Origin: a virus
Length of the DNA: 64,000 bases
IMG/VR virus record: IMGVR_UViG_3300026518_000008
Coordinates: 29,164 to 93,163 of that record
Strand: one strand, 5' to 3'
Within the stretch, counting starts at the first letter, position 1; each line of letters starts with the position of its first letter. The notes under the pieces are model-generated. The model did no database searches and had not been told where the DNA came from. It saw nothing but the letters and a program-made list of their open reading frames with translations. Below, one piece after another: positions 20,142 to 29,303 of the stretch. A program made the position numbers and the translations under genes.

Positions 20142-20168
20142 ACCTAGGGTTCTTCCCTGGGTTATTTT
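20142..20168 (+). terminator. rho-independent terminator
   Basis: ACCTAGGG-TTCTT-CCCTGGGT hairpin followed by TATTTT. Confidence 0.6.
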
Positions 20169-20244
20169 ATTCCACACTATTTTTATATATCAACTGATGT
20201 ATTTATTTATTAATATATCATTTTTTATATCAAAGGACACATAT

Positions 20245-21309
20245 ATGTATTTAGTAAAATACTTTAAAGATGAGATAAGACGCAGATATTTTGTTGATAG
20301 TAATAACAATTATGCTGCAAATATGATAGTTGATGAGAGATGTATAGTTTCTACATTATATAGTAGAGATATGGTTCAAAGAGATCACTATGTTATATCA
20401 GAATGGTTTTCTAATAAATATGGAATTAGACAACTTCCATTCAAATTTATGCTTCAGACATTGAATATCAGTGATAAAAAACTAAAATCCCTGGTTCTTG
20501 CAGTGAAACGAAAAAGACTAGAATTTGTTTTTGCAGGATTTGGAGGAACTGGTATGAATACTGCATATTGGTTACAGAAAATTCTTGACCATACAGGAGA
20601 TGTATACTTATTTAATAGCGTACATGTTTACGATGATGACGAGATTGAATTTTCAAATCTTTTTAGATTTCCACAGGATTTATCGTCATGTACAGAGAAC
20701 AAGAAAGCATTTATGTATACTAATAAAAACTCACTTGGTAGAAAGTATTATAAAGTAGCAGATACAATTAAATTTGTAAATCCATCTATTGAATATAGAT
20801 TTGCTAATGTAGAATTATTTGAACACACAGACTATACACATAGACTTTCGTTTGCAGACGATACTATTGTGTATGGAGCACCAGATCTTGCTACTCGAAA
20901 AGATGTTTCTCTTACTAATTGTAGATTCATAGCAGCTACTCATGGGGGAAATTCTTGCTCTATGACAGTACAGCCAGACATTGATGAGAACTTACAGACA
21001 GAGGGATATGGTGTAATACACTTGAACACATTTTTCTGGAATCAACTCGCTATGGCTATTGGACTTTTAGAGTTCCTTGCGGAGGACGATATTCAACAGA
21101 TAGAGACTACTGATATTAATTCAGATGGGACTCCTGTAATGAACCTTGATGGTACTACTTCTACAATACTTGCAGATGTGTCTAAATGGGATCAGGAAGG
21201 GCAAATATTTAAGTTCAGCTTTGAGGATTTTGTTGACTCTGGTTCATTTGGTAAAGCTTCCAGAATTCTTGATTTTAATATTACTAAAGACAATGGAGGA
21301 CGAGTATGA
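20245..21309 (+). CDS. ThiF/MoeB/E1-superfamily adenylyltransferase
   Basis: FVFAGFGGTG nucleotide-binding loop; YDDDEIEFSNLFRF (DxD.vE.SNL.R); VYGAPDLATR (D...R). Confidence 0.85.
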   Translation: MYLVKYFKDEIRRRYFVDSNNNYAANMIVDERCIVSTLYSRDMVQRDHYVISEWFSNKYGIRQLPFKFMLQTLNISDKKLKSLVLAVKRKRLEFVFAGFGGTGMNTAYWLQKILDHTGDVYLFNSVHVYDDDEIEFSNLFRFPQDLSSCTENKKAFMYTNKNSLGRKYYKVADTIKFVNPSIEYRFANVELFEHTDYTHRLSFADDTIVYGAPDLATRKDVSLTNCRFIAATHGGNSCSMTVQPDIDENLQTEGYGVIHLNTFFWNQLAMAIGLLEFLAEDDIQQIETTDINSDGTPVMNLDGTTSTILADVSKWDQEGQIFKFSFEDFVDSGSFGKASRILDFNITKDNGGRV

Positions 21310-22454
21310 TATCATTTCAAAAACAAACAAGCACAATAGATCATGCTATCAAAAACACTGTTTTGGCTAAGTTAAATAGTGTTTTAGAGACATCTATGTC
21401 ACATACAAATCCAGATTTATATAATCCATCATCTAGTCTTGGCAAATCATTGTATCCAGTAGATATGACGCATGGACTTAGTACAGAAATAGGAATGTGG
21501 AGCAATTCCATGAAAGACGAGAGTTCTGTGCTTATTGATGCTATTGGTTCGGATACATTATCTTTTGGACCGGTTACACTGAGCGAGGGATTGTCATTGA
21601 TAAAAAATGAAATTACTTCTGGAACTTTCTATGGTGTAGTAGCTGTTAATAGCTTGACAAATGAACGAATAAATCCACTACATCCACTGATTGCTAAAGA
21701 GATATCTGAGAACTGGGATATTTACAAGGATCAGAAGTTTAATTTTTATATCTTTTCTGGAAATTGGAGGGGAGACCCAGATGCTGACCTTGAGTTATAC
21801 ACAAATAGTATAGTGCAGCTTTTATCAGAATACGGAGAAAGACAACTAATTTCATATGTTTCATCTACACTTGCCGTTGTTAATAATGACATAGAGATAC
21901 CTATAACATCAGATGAAAACGTTCAAGAAATATTGTATAACTACATGGACGGAAAAAGCATAGAATTAGTAGATTCTACATTATTAAAATTACCGAATGG
22001 AAATTCGCCATATTTTATTGTACCAGTGCAAATTGTTAGCGACGGAATTGCTTATCCTTACTATGGAACTTCATTGTTGCAGCAAGACATTCGCAATAGT
22101 GAGGATAGTGAAACAGAAGATCTATGGGGTACAGATTTGTCACCTATGGGATCTGCAAATATTGGAAATAATACAACTAATCCGACAGCATCTGAATTTT
22201 TCTCTGTATGTACTGGAGGACATGGCGTCGACGATTATGGTATGGCTACTATAAATCAGAGCAATCTTCAGTCTCCTATGAATTCTGAATGTTTATCTCC
22301 AGAATGGAGAGAATATGTAGCAGCTTGTCTCAACATTAGCTATGAGATATTTGACTCATTACTAGATTCCACTCCACAAAAAATACTTACTAGAGCAGAT
22401 TTTGATACTATACCAGAATGGTTAGAACATTTATCTACATTACATTTACATTAA
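21306..22454 (+). CDS. putative prokaryotic E2-like conjugating enzyme
   Basis: C-terminal SANI...SVCTG resembles the E2 (H)PNI...VCxG catalytic motif; lies between E1-like and JAB genes with an ATGA overlap. Confidence 0.5.
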   Translation: MISFQKQTSTIDHAIKNTVLAKLNSVLETSMSHTNPDLYNPSSSLGKSLYPVDMTHGLSTEIGMWSNSMKDESSVLIDAIGSDTLSFGPVTLSEGLSLIKNEITSGTFYGVVAVNSLTNERINPLHPLIAKEISENWDIYKDQKFNFYIFSGNWRGDPDADLELYTNSIVQLLSEYGERQLISYVSSTLAVVNNDIEIPITSDENVQEILYNYMDGKSIELVDSTLLKLPNGNSPYFIVPVQIVSDGIAYPYYGTSLLQQDIRNSEDSETEDLWGTDLSPMGSANIGNNTTNPTASEFFSVCTGGHGVDDYGMATINQSNLQSPMNSECLSPEWREYVAACLNISYEIFDSLLDSTPQKILTRADFDTIPEWLEHLSTLHLH

Positions 22455-22466
22455 AGGATTGTACAC

Positions 22467-23750
22467 ATGGCTTATCATATAAATACATCTAGACACAACG
22501 CTACTCCAACTCAGAAGAATGCATCAGTTTGCTCTGTACCAAAGTATGACTTTGTAGGAAAAATTCACACCACATCTACTGGTGATCTTTTTGGAGTGCT
22601 TTTACTACAGCAGGAAACTCTTGACGAGATATTCGAGCAGAGCGGACCACTTGCTGTATCGAATGAATTTCAGTTCCACTATACATCATTAGTTGGGAAA
22701 CTTCAGAACCAGGGGCAGGAGCTCTATATTAGTATTCCACTTGTATGTTACAACTACAAACAGACGGTATCTGGAGCTCACATTGGATTCAACCTTGAGG
22801 ACACTGAGACTATGTCAGATGATACTCTTGAGATCGCACAGATGAAGGCTGCAGAATTTCTTAGTACAGATACTCGTACTCAGATAGAGTCTATCTTTGG
22901 AGAACTTGATTGGCATGTTGCTACACTACAGACTATGCACAGACATCCAGGAGGTTCATCTCAGGGATTCTCAAGTACAGATCTTATGACAGATCCAGAC
23001 AGAGCTGGAATTGTATTTCCACTTAATGAGTCTATTGAGAAATCTATCAGTTTTTCATCTATTATGTATGTGCAGAATGGATCGTGTAGACTTGCTCATA
23101 CTGAGGTTCGTACTGCACTTGGTTCAGCTTCAGAGAAGAGTGGAATACTATACAGCAATGGTAGATCTATTACTATTGTTGCTGGATATGATTCTACGCC
23201 TACAGAGCTTGATACTATGTTTGGCATACCTGGATACACATCTACAGATACTGTATATTTTGATGACATGCCTACCACTACAGATATACCTCAGCAACTT
23301 ACATCTATAATGAGAGAGTCCTCTTTTAGGCCAGAGATATTTATTGATGAAAATCATTTATCCACTGAGACTACTTACTATGGGAAGCAGAGAAAACCTT
23401 TGATTAAACAATCAGAATTTACAAAATCCACAGATAGCTTTCAAAATACTAACCAGCTGAGCTTATTTAGTAGAGGACTTGAAGATGACATCGTATTTGA
23501 TCAAGATGAATTATATGAAGATTATATAGATCCATTAGATCAGGATTCATCTGGAATGTATACACAAAATCCATTTGAGCTTGATCATATGGACAGAGAG
23601 ATACTTACAGATGCACTTAGAGATGAACTTGCAGATATTACATATTGCGGAACCAAGAGTCATGTTTTCACAGAACGAGAGATTGCTCTCAAGCCTGAAC
23701 ATGAGATCTGGAGATTATCCAGAACTCACAAATTACTAAAACCACTATAG
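22467..23750 (+). CDS. JAB/MPN+ metallo-isopeptidase
   Basis: N-terminal NEF glutamate plus HRHPGGSSQGFSSTD (HxHP...FSxxD) at 22938-22982; long acidic C-terminal tail. Confidence 0.85.
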   Translation: MAYHINTSRHNATPTQKNASVCSVPKYDFVGKIHTTSTGDLFGVLLLQQETLDEIFEQSGPLAVSNEFQFHYTSLVGKLQNQGQELYISIPLVCYNYKQTVSGAHIGFNLEDTETMSDDTLEIAQMKAAEFLSTDTRTQIESIFGELDWHVATLQTMHRHPGGSSQGFSSTDLMTDPDRAGIVFPLNESIEKSISFSSIMYVQNGSCRLAHTEVRTALGSASEKSGILYSNGRSITIVAGYDSTPTELDTMFGIPGYTSTDTVYFDDMPTTTDIPQQLTSIMRESSFRPEIFIDENHLSTETTYYGKQRKPLIKQSEFTKSTDSFQNTNQLSLFSRGLEDDIVFDQDELYEDYIDPLDQDSSGMYTQNPFELDHMDREILTDALRDELADITYCGTKSHVFTEREIALKPEHEIWRLSRTHKLLKPL

Positions 23751-23760
23751 GACATATATT

Positions 23761-24651
23761 ATGGCTACAACATTTCAAACATTGTATGGTTCAGATGATT
23801 TGTTTTTTACACCAGAACACCAATTTGGTATACGACGTTCAGAATTAGCTGATGCAACATCTAATTCTGATACAACTACAGAAAATACATCTATTCCTGA
23901 CCCAATTGATACTAACCAATCAGAACCAGGTGAGATGATTCCGTATGACACTTCACGAGATATTACATCATTGATTACAGAATTTCATGATCATCATGAC
24001 AGGCTAGAAGGTGATGCATATGTATTTGATGCAGAGATGCTATCAAATACTAGACTCCAGAATTTCCTTATGACTATTGATCATAGGGCTAGACCAGAAC
24101 AGAGAAAGATTACTATGCCAGATATGAGCAGAATTATTGAGCATGGGCTATCTATGATTGTAGATGGATATGATCAACTTGAGTATAGAGACTGTTCTAA
24201 AGTATTTCATTTTAATAACGGAGATGTACTGCTCAGAGTATCTGGATTCATCAATAGAGCTACTGAAACTATTGAAATTATTCGTTATACGAAGAAATTC
24301 AAAGTAGACCGCATGATTGATGATGTCCAGGCAAGACGAGTATTTGATTATTCGTTATATGCATCAGCATTTCTACTAGCATCAAGATATCCAGCTATTG
24401 GAACTATGATTAAAACAATTCATGAGCATTTTGGTGAATTTCATATCACTGAGCATTTCCCGTATATATCCAGCAATAATACTATTGAGTCAATACTTGA
24501 GGCATATATATCTGATATCAATTCTGGAGAATTGCCACCAGAGTGCGAGGACAAATGGACCACTCGGGCTGGAGTTAATTCTCGTTGTGAGAAATATTGT
24601 TCAGTTAAAGATATTTGTCCATTTTACACTCCTACTCACGCTGGTTCTTAG
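23761..24651 (+). CDS. divergent Cas4/PD-(D/E)XK-like protein, possibly inactive
   Basis: IIEHG, VSGFIN, IIRYTK in place of the catalytic motifs; C-terminal PPEC...RCEKYCSVKDICP cysteine cluster. Confidence 0.5.
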   Translation: MATTFQTLYGSDDLFFTPEHQFGIRRSELADATSNSDTTTENTSIPDPIDTNQSEPGEMIPYDTSRDITSLITEFHDHHDRLEGDAYVFDAEMLSNTRLQNFLMTIDHRARPEQRKITMPDMSRIIEHGLSMIVDGYDQLEYRDCSKVFHFNNGDVLLRVSGFINRATETIEIIRYTKKFKVDRMIDDVQARRVFDYSLYASAFLLASRYPAIGTMIKTIHEHFGEFHITEHFPYISSNNTIESILEAYISDINSGELPPECEDKWTTRAGVNSRCEKYCSVKDICPFYTPTHAGS

Positions 24652-25151
24652 ATAGTACAGCTGGGTGTCGTTTCAGTCGACTTCTTAAGTAGAAAGTGTT
24701 CTCCCCAGCACATGTATTAATTCATTTGCGAGATAATATTCGTATCCTGCTTAGTGTGCGTGGTAGATACACAGAGCATTTTTCCATTTGGCAACTATTT
24801 ACCATTTGGAAGAACACTACAGAACCAGAGTGATGATCATCCCACAGAGAACTCATAGGAGTTTTGTTTGGGTCGATTCATATCAGTCCCTCTAACCTTA
24901 GACAGGAAGAGAAAAGAATATGCGTGTTTAGTATCAGAATTTATGCGTTAAGAAAACTGAGATGTTAATTTGTGATATTGAGTTGTAACTGCAAAACAAA
25001 AATATTAATTGGGAATATTTATATTACTAGAACGAGTCAGTGTGGCATTGCGTCTACACATACAATTCTAGTCTCCAGAAAGATGCCCAGCTGGAGTAGC
25101 GATATGAGTCTATTTATATATACTTAGTATTCGCTATATATTTTTATATAT

Positions 25152-25229
25152 GTCTCAGCTAAACCCACACCTTATTTAAACATAGGATGGATAGCTTACT
25201 GGCAGTGCAAGTCTGTCCTGAGTACACCA
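25152..25229 (+). ncRNA. degenerate tRNA-like element
   Basis: T-arm GGCAG-TGCAAGT-CTGTC, then CTGAGTAC-ACCA, partly complementary to GTCTCAG at 25152; no recognisable D or anticodon arm. Confidence 0.35.
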
Positions 25230-25454
25230 AAGTCTTAATATATAATCTATTCTTGCAGAATACAGATACAACTAAACTGATTATATTTGTGGTAGTAGTA
25301 TGCCGTGAGAATATAAAATATTGCCAATATTAATACTGCTATTAAGTTTTTAGTGTAACAACACGCCTATAACTATAGAACATGAATCATTAGCTTACAC
25401 ATTGGTAAATCGGATCGGTATTTGTGGAACCAAGATTTCCTAAGGAGTGCATCC

Positions 25455-25540
25455 TTGTAGTTAAGACACTGGTTCGAGTCCAGTATGGTTCTCTATAAAC
25501 ACTTTATGTACCATTAGCTCAGTCTGGTAGAGCACTGTTT
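25455..25540 (+). tRNA. tRNA-like halves W (3' half, then 5' half)
   Basis: T-arm ACTGG-TTCGAGT-CCAGT plus ATGGTTC (25468-25491); downstream GTACCAT-TA-GCTC-AGTCTGGTA-GAGC (25508-25533); acceptor strands pair 6 of 7; no encoded CCA. Confidence 0.35.
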
Positions 25541-25546
25541 CTATTA

Positions 25547-25706
25547 GTATAGAACGACGGTTCGAATCCGTCCGGGCCCACCATATGTGCCATTAAATTT
25601 GTATCGGTAGCATTATACGCGAGATAATTCGCAAAGGACCAGAGTTCAATTCTCTGGATGGCACACCACATTAGGGCCCGTAGCATGAGCGGTTCATGCA
25701 CTATAC
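25547..25706 (+). tRNA. permuted tRNA-like gene X (3' half 25547-25583, 5' half 25674-25706)
   Basis: Acceptor CGGGCCC-ACCA pairs 7/7 with downstream GGGCCCG; anticodon-stem strands GTATAG and CTATAC pair 6/6; anticodon not identifiable. Confidence 0.55.
25587..25668 (+). tRNA. atypical tRNA-like gene Z with 13-bp acceptor plus T helix
   Basis: GTGCCAT/ATGGCAC-ACCA; T-arm CCAGAG-TTCAATT-CTCTGG; non-canonical inner hairpins and no clear anticodon. Confidence 0.5.
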
Positions 25707-25764
25707 ATAATTTATTTTAAAAACCAGTGACTAGTATATACAATAGACTTAGCACCATAACCAA

Positions 25765-25840
25765 GTTTTAGGTCGGAAGTTCGAGTCTTCCATCGGGCGC
25801 CATTTATATGCCCGATTAGCTCAGTTGGTAGAGCAGAAAT
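25765..25840 (+). tRNA. permuted tRNA-like gene Y (3' half 25765-25802, 5' half 25810-25840)
   Basis: GTTTT-AGGTC-GGAAG-TTCGAGT-CTTCC-ATCGGGC-GCCA, 7-nt spacer, then GCCCGAT-TA-GCTC-AGTTGGTA-GAGC-A-GAAAT; acceptor pairs 7/7, anticodon stem 5/5 with two G-U pairs. Confidence 0.6.
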
Positions 25841-25852
25841 TTAAACATGAAT

Positions 25853-25895
25853 TACAGGGACAAATACGGTATATTTTGTCCCTGTACCTTTTTTT
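25853..25895 (+). terminator. rho-independent terminator closing the tRNA-like cluster
   Basis: 12-bp perfect stem TACAGGGACAAA/TTTGTCCCTGTA followed by a T run. Confidence 0.85.
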
Positions 25896-25948
25896 AGAGA
25901 ACTCACGGAGTTTTCTCAAATTAGGTACAGCACAATAAAGGAATTAGA

Positions 25949-27241
25949 ATGAGACAAGATATAGAGGAACGCATTAATGCTACTAAAGTTCCATACAAAA
26001 TATATGCAGAGTTTGTCGAAGACAAAGCTGCAGAACAATTTGCAAATTGCCTAGAGCAGGAGTCTGTAGTGCAAGGAGCTCTCATGCCAGACACACATGC
26101 CGGTTACGTTGCACCTATCGGTTCTGTACTAGCTACAAATGGTACTATTTTCCCATCTTTCGTTGGATACGACATCGGATGCGGCATGAGCTCTATCCGT
26201 ACTAATATCCAATACAAATCAGTCTCAACAGAACAACTAGAGGCTATTAAAAATCAGATTCTTAGAGATATTCCTATTGGTTTTGAGAGACATTCTAAAC
26301 CTAAGACACATATCGTAGAAAGATTTCCTATGACACCTTTTGCAAAGGACGTGTTACGCACCACTGGTTCTTATCAGTTAGGCACACTTGGCGGAGGGAA
26401 TCATTTCCTTGAAATAGGATATGACAATGACGAATATTTAAATATAGTTGTTCACTCAGGTTCGCGTGGTGTTGGACATAAAATTGCCACTAAATATATG
26501 AAAGAGGCTGCAATTCAATCAGTAGACGAATCTAGATATAGAAAAGAATTTGATGAGAAAAATAAAGCTTGGCTAAATAAAATTTTAAACAGCAAATCAT
26601 CTCCAGCTAATGACAAATTACAGGATAGATACGACAAAGCTAAAACTGAATTTACTTATCGTCGCACCAGAGCTAGAGTATCGAATATTGAGGATGCGTA
26701 TCCATTAGATAACACATCAGAACCAGGGATGGGATACATGCAGGATATGAACATGGCATTGGAATTTGCTTTAGAGAATAGAGAGCTAATGATAGGTAGA
26801 TCAGTAGCTGCTATTGCTAAAGTTCTTGGCCAGGATATTTCTACTTCTCGCTTTATCAATCGAAATCATAACCATGCAGAACTAGTAGATGGTAGATGGA
26901 TACATCGCAAGGGAGCCACTCAGGCTGCAGATGGTATGATTGGAGTTATACCAGGAAACATGGTAGATGGCTCGTTCATAGTTAGATGTAGAGGTAGCTC
27001 AGATTCTATGAATTCATCATCTCATGGAGCAGGTAGAGTTTTATCTAGACGAAAAGCCAAGGATACTCTTGACCTAGAGGAGTTTATTTCTAGCACAGCT
27101 CACCTAATAGCGAACCATTCTGATTCAAACCTAGACGAATCTCCACTTGCATACAAAAATATTTTTGATGTAATGGAACAGCAGTCAGACTTGGTTAAGA
27201 CACTAGACAGAATTGTACCAATTATAAACATTAAAGGGTGA
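25949..27241 (+). CDS. rtcB: RtcB RNA ligase
   Basis: MPDTHAG, VGYDIGCG, GTLGGGNHFLE, HSGSRG, HNHA, HRKGAT, SHGAGR, DESPLAYK, C-terminal NIKG. Confidence 0.97.
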   Translation: MRQDIEERINATKVPYKIYAEFVEDKAAEQFANCLEQESVVQGALMPDTHAGYVAPIGSVLATNGTIFPSFVGYDIGCGMSSIRTNIQYKSVSTEQLEAIKNQILRDIPIGFERHSKPKTHIVERFPMTPFAKDVLRTTGSYQLGTLGGGNHFLEIGYDNDEYLNIVVHSGSRGVGHKIATKYMKEAAIQSVDESRYRKEFDEKNKAWLNKILNSKSSPANDKLQDRYDKAKTEFTYRRTRARVSNIEDAYPLDNTSEPGMGYMQDMNMALEFALENRELMIGRSVAAIAKVLGQDISTSRFINRNHNHAELVDGRWIHRKGATQAADGMIGVIPGNMVDGSFIVRCRGSSDSMNSSSHGAGRVLSRRKAKDTLDLEEFISSTAHLIANHSDSNLDESPLAYKNIFDVMEQQSDLVKTLDRIVPIINIKG

Positions 27242-27245
27242 AATT

Positions 27246-29303
27246 ATGATAGACAACAGAATAGAAACAATTACACATACGAACGCACCAATCCAGGATT
27301 TTAGTATAGCAATGAACGCAAGCATGTTTCAGATGTTAACAAAAAATGTTTACACCAATGTTATTGCTGCAGTAATCAGAGAATGGAGCACCAATGCTAT
27401 TGACGCATGTATTGCAGCTGGAGTTTCACCACGATTTGATGTACATCTTCCTACGATAGCATCACAAGTTTTTTCAGTTAGAGATTTTGGTACTGGTCTA
27501 TCATCAGATGATGTACACGGACTGTTTTCAGCTCTTGGAGCATCTACAAAACGTGAGTCAAATCAATATAACGGTACTTTTGGAATTGGCCGTATGGCTG
27601 GACTAGCATACACTGATATGTTTACTATTGAATCATTTTTCAATGGAACATTATCTACATATGTTGTATCTATACAAGATGGAATTCCGAATATGATATC
27701 TATCAATGATACAGATACAGATCTTCCAAATGGAATGAGATTATCTATTGATGTTAGAGAGTATGATATAGATAGGTTTACTAGTGAAGCTAGAGATATA
27801 TATCAGTATTTTGACACTAGACCAGATACGAATATCCAGCTTGAATATCAAGATTATTCATCAAATCTATCAGGAGATGGATGGTACATTATTAATACAA
27901 ACGTTAGAAATTACAATCTTAATTTAGTTATGGGAAATGTTTTATATACTGTATCAACATCGCAACTTAATAAAGAAGCTAGAGATGTTCTTGAAATACA
28001 TGGCTTAGTGCTAGATGTACCTATTGGATCCGTATCTATTACTCCTGGTAGAGAATCGTTGAATCTTGATAATACTACTATTACATATTTAAACAATAGT
28101 TGCAAACATGTAATAGATCAATACGAAGAACAGTTGACTAATTTAATATGCAGTTTCGACAAAGACTTTGACAAAATTATTGCATATAGCAAATATATAA
28201 CAAGGCTTGGATGGAACTTGCAAAATAGATTTAAAAATATTAGTATAGACTACAGCACACTCTATGTTAAAAACAACTGTTTGCGTTCAATAAATATGGA
28301 AGTAGGTGTGTATTATTTTAAAAATGGATTTAAGAATATTAAATCAGTAAATGAATATATACACATAACGAATAGCACTATATTCTGCATTGCAGATACA
28401 AGAATACATATTGTTGAATCTATTAAAAAATATCTATTAGAAACAAATAATAATTTTGTAGATGTATATATAGTAAAGCCAAATAGGTGGAGTAGTGATC
28501 CAGAGGACATTAAGTCTCATGTTCAATCATCTATAGAATTATTTGATGAAATTGGAATAAAGAATTACTTTAAAACATCTGACTACTCAGTGGAGAATAT
28601 ACAACGCAAGAAGTCAGGTAAAATTTCAACTATAGATTTCATGTTTGAAAACAAATATGATACAGAACCTATATCTAAAAAAGGAGTAGAGATATTATCT
28701 ATAGATACTGGACCATTCTATTATATAGAAACTTCTGGATTTAAACCTATTAGTATGACTCCAGATGAATTATCATTGCATATGAGAGCTGCTAAATTTT
28801 ATGATAACATAAATTCTACAAATACACGAATAGTTGGTGTGCCAAAATCAGCATTACGAAATACTGTTGATGACGATAGATTCATTCCATTGGCTGGAGC
28901 ACTTGATGATATATTTTCAGAAATGACTATGCCTAAATATTTTAACGATATTGGACATGAGAATTCGTTTATCCTATATGATAACAGAATACATAGATAT
29001 ACAAATCTAAATTTGCCAGATGAACTTATTGAGTTTATTACTGAGCACAAAAAATTCTTTGAACAAAACAGACAATGTATATTACCTGCAAATGCTGTTG
29101 GGATTAAGGATAGATTTGGATGCAATGTATCATCTCCTAATTCTAAGTTGTCACTTGAGGACGTGATGGAGAAATATCCATTATTTATGTATATACTTGA
29201 TACATTCTATAGAGATGGTTTGTATTTATCTATGGAACAGATAGAAAACTATGTACAGACTATATATGAAGCAGGAGACGAAGATGAGCAAAATGACCAA
29301 TAA
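27246..29303 (+). CDS. rIIA: rIIA-like protein (GHKL ATPase N-terminus)
   Basis: IREWSTNAIDA, VRDFGTG, STKRESN...GTFGIG, PGRESL. Confidence 0.85.
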   Translation: MIDNRIETITHTNAPIQDFSIAMNASMFQMLTKNVYTNVIAAVIREWSTNAIDACIAAGVSPRFDVHLPTIASQVFSVRDFGTGLSSDDVHGLFSALGASTKRESNQYNGTFGIGRMAGLAYTDMFTIESFFNGTLSTYVVSIQDGIPNMISINDTDTDLPNGMRLSIDVREYDIDRFTSEARDIYQYFDTRPDTNIQLEYQDYSSNLSGDGWYIINTNVRNYNLNLVMGNVLYTVSTSQLNKEARDVLEIHGLVLDVPIGSVSITPGRESLNLDNTTITYLNNSCKHVIDQYEEQLTNLICSFDKDFDKIIAYSKYITRLGWNLQNRFKNISIDYSTLYVKNNCLRSINMEVGVYYFKNGFKNIKSVNEYIHITNSTIFCIADTRIHIVESIKKYLLETNNNFVDVYIVKPNRWSSDPEDIKSHVQSSIELFDEIGIKNYFKTSDYSVENIQRKKSGKISTIDFMFENKYDTEPISKKGVEILSIDTGPFYYIETSGFKPISMTPDELSLHMRAAKFYDNINSTNTRIVGVPKSALRNTVDDDRFIPLAGALDDIFSEMTMPKYFNDIGHENSFILYDNRIHRYTNLNLPDELIEFITEHKKFFEQNRQCILPANAVGIKDRFGCNVSSPNSKLSLEDVMEKYPLFMYILDTFYRDGLYLSMEQIENYVQTIYEAGDEDEQNDQ

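Noticed and set aside
20245-21309. ThiF-like gene as a thiamine/molybdopterin biosynthesis auxiliary gene
   Set aside because: No ThiS/MoaD, ThiG or rhodanese genes nearby; the E2-like and JAB neighbours fit protein conjugation better, though RiPP-type peptide modification is not excluded
25508-25583. Linear reading as an ordinary tRNA-Arg(TCT) or amber suppressor (TTTCTATT loop)
   Set aside because: The acceptor strands GTACCAT and CGGGCCC do not pair and the anticodon stem is out of register; each half pairs better with a different partner
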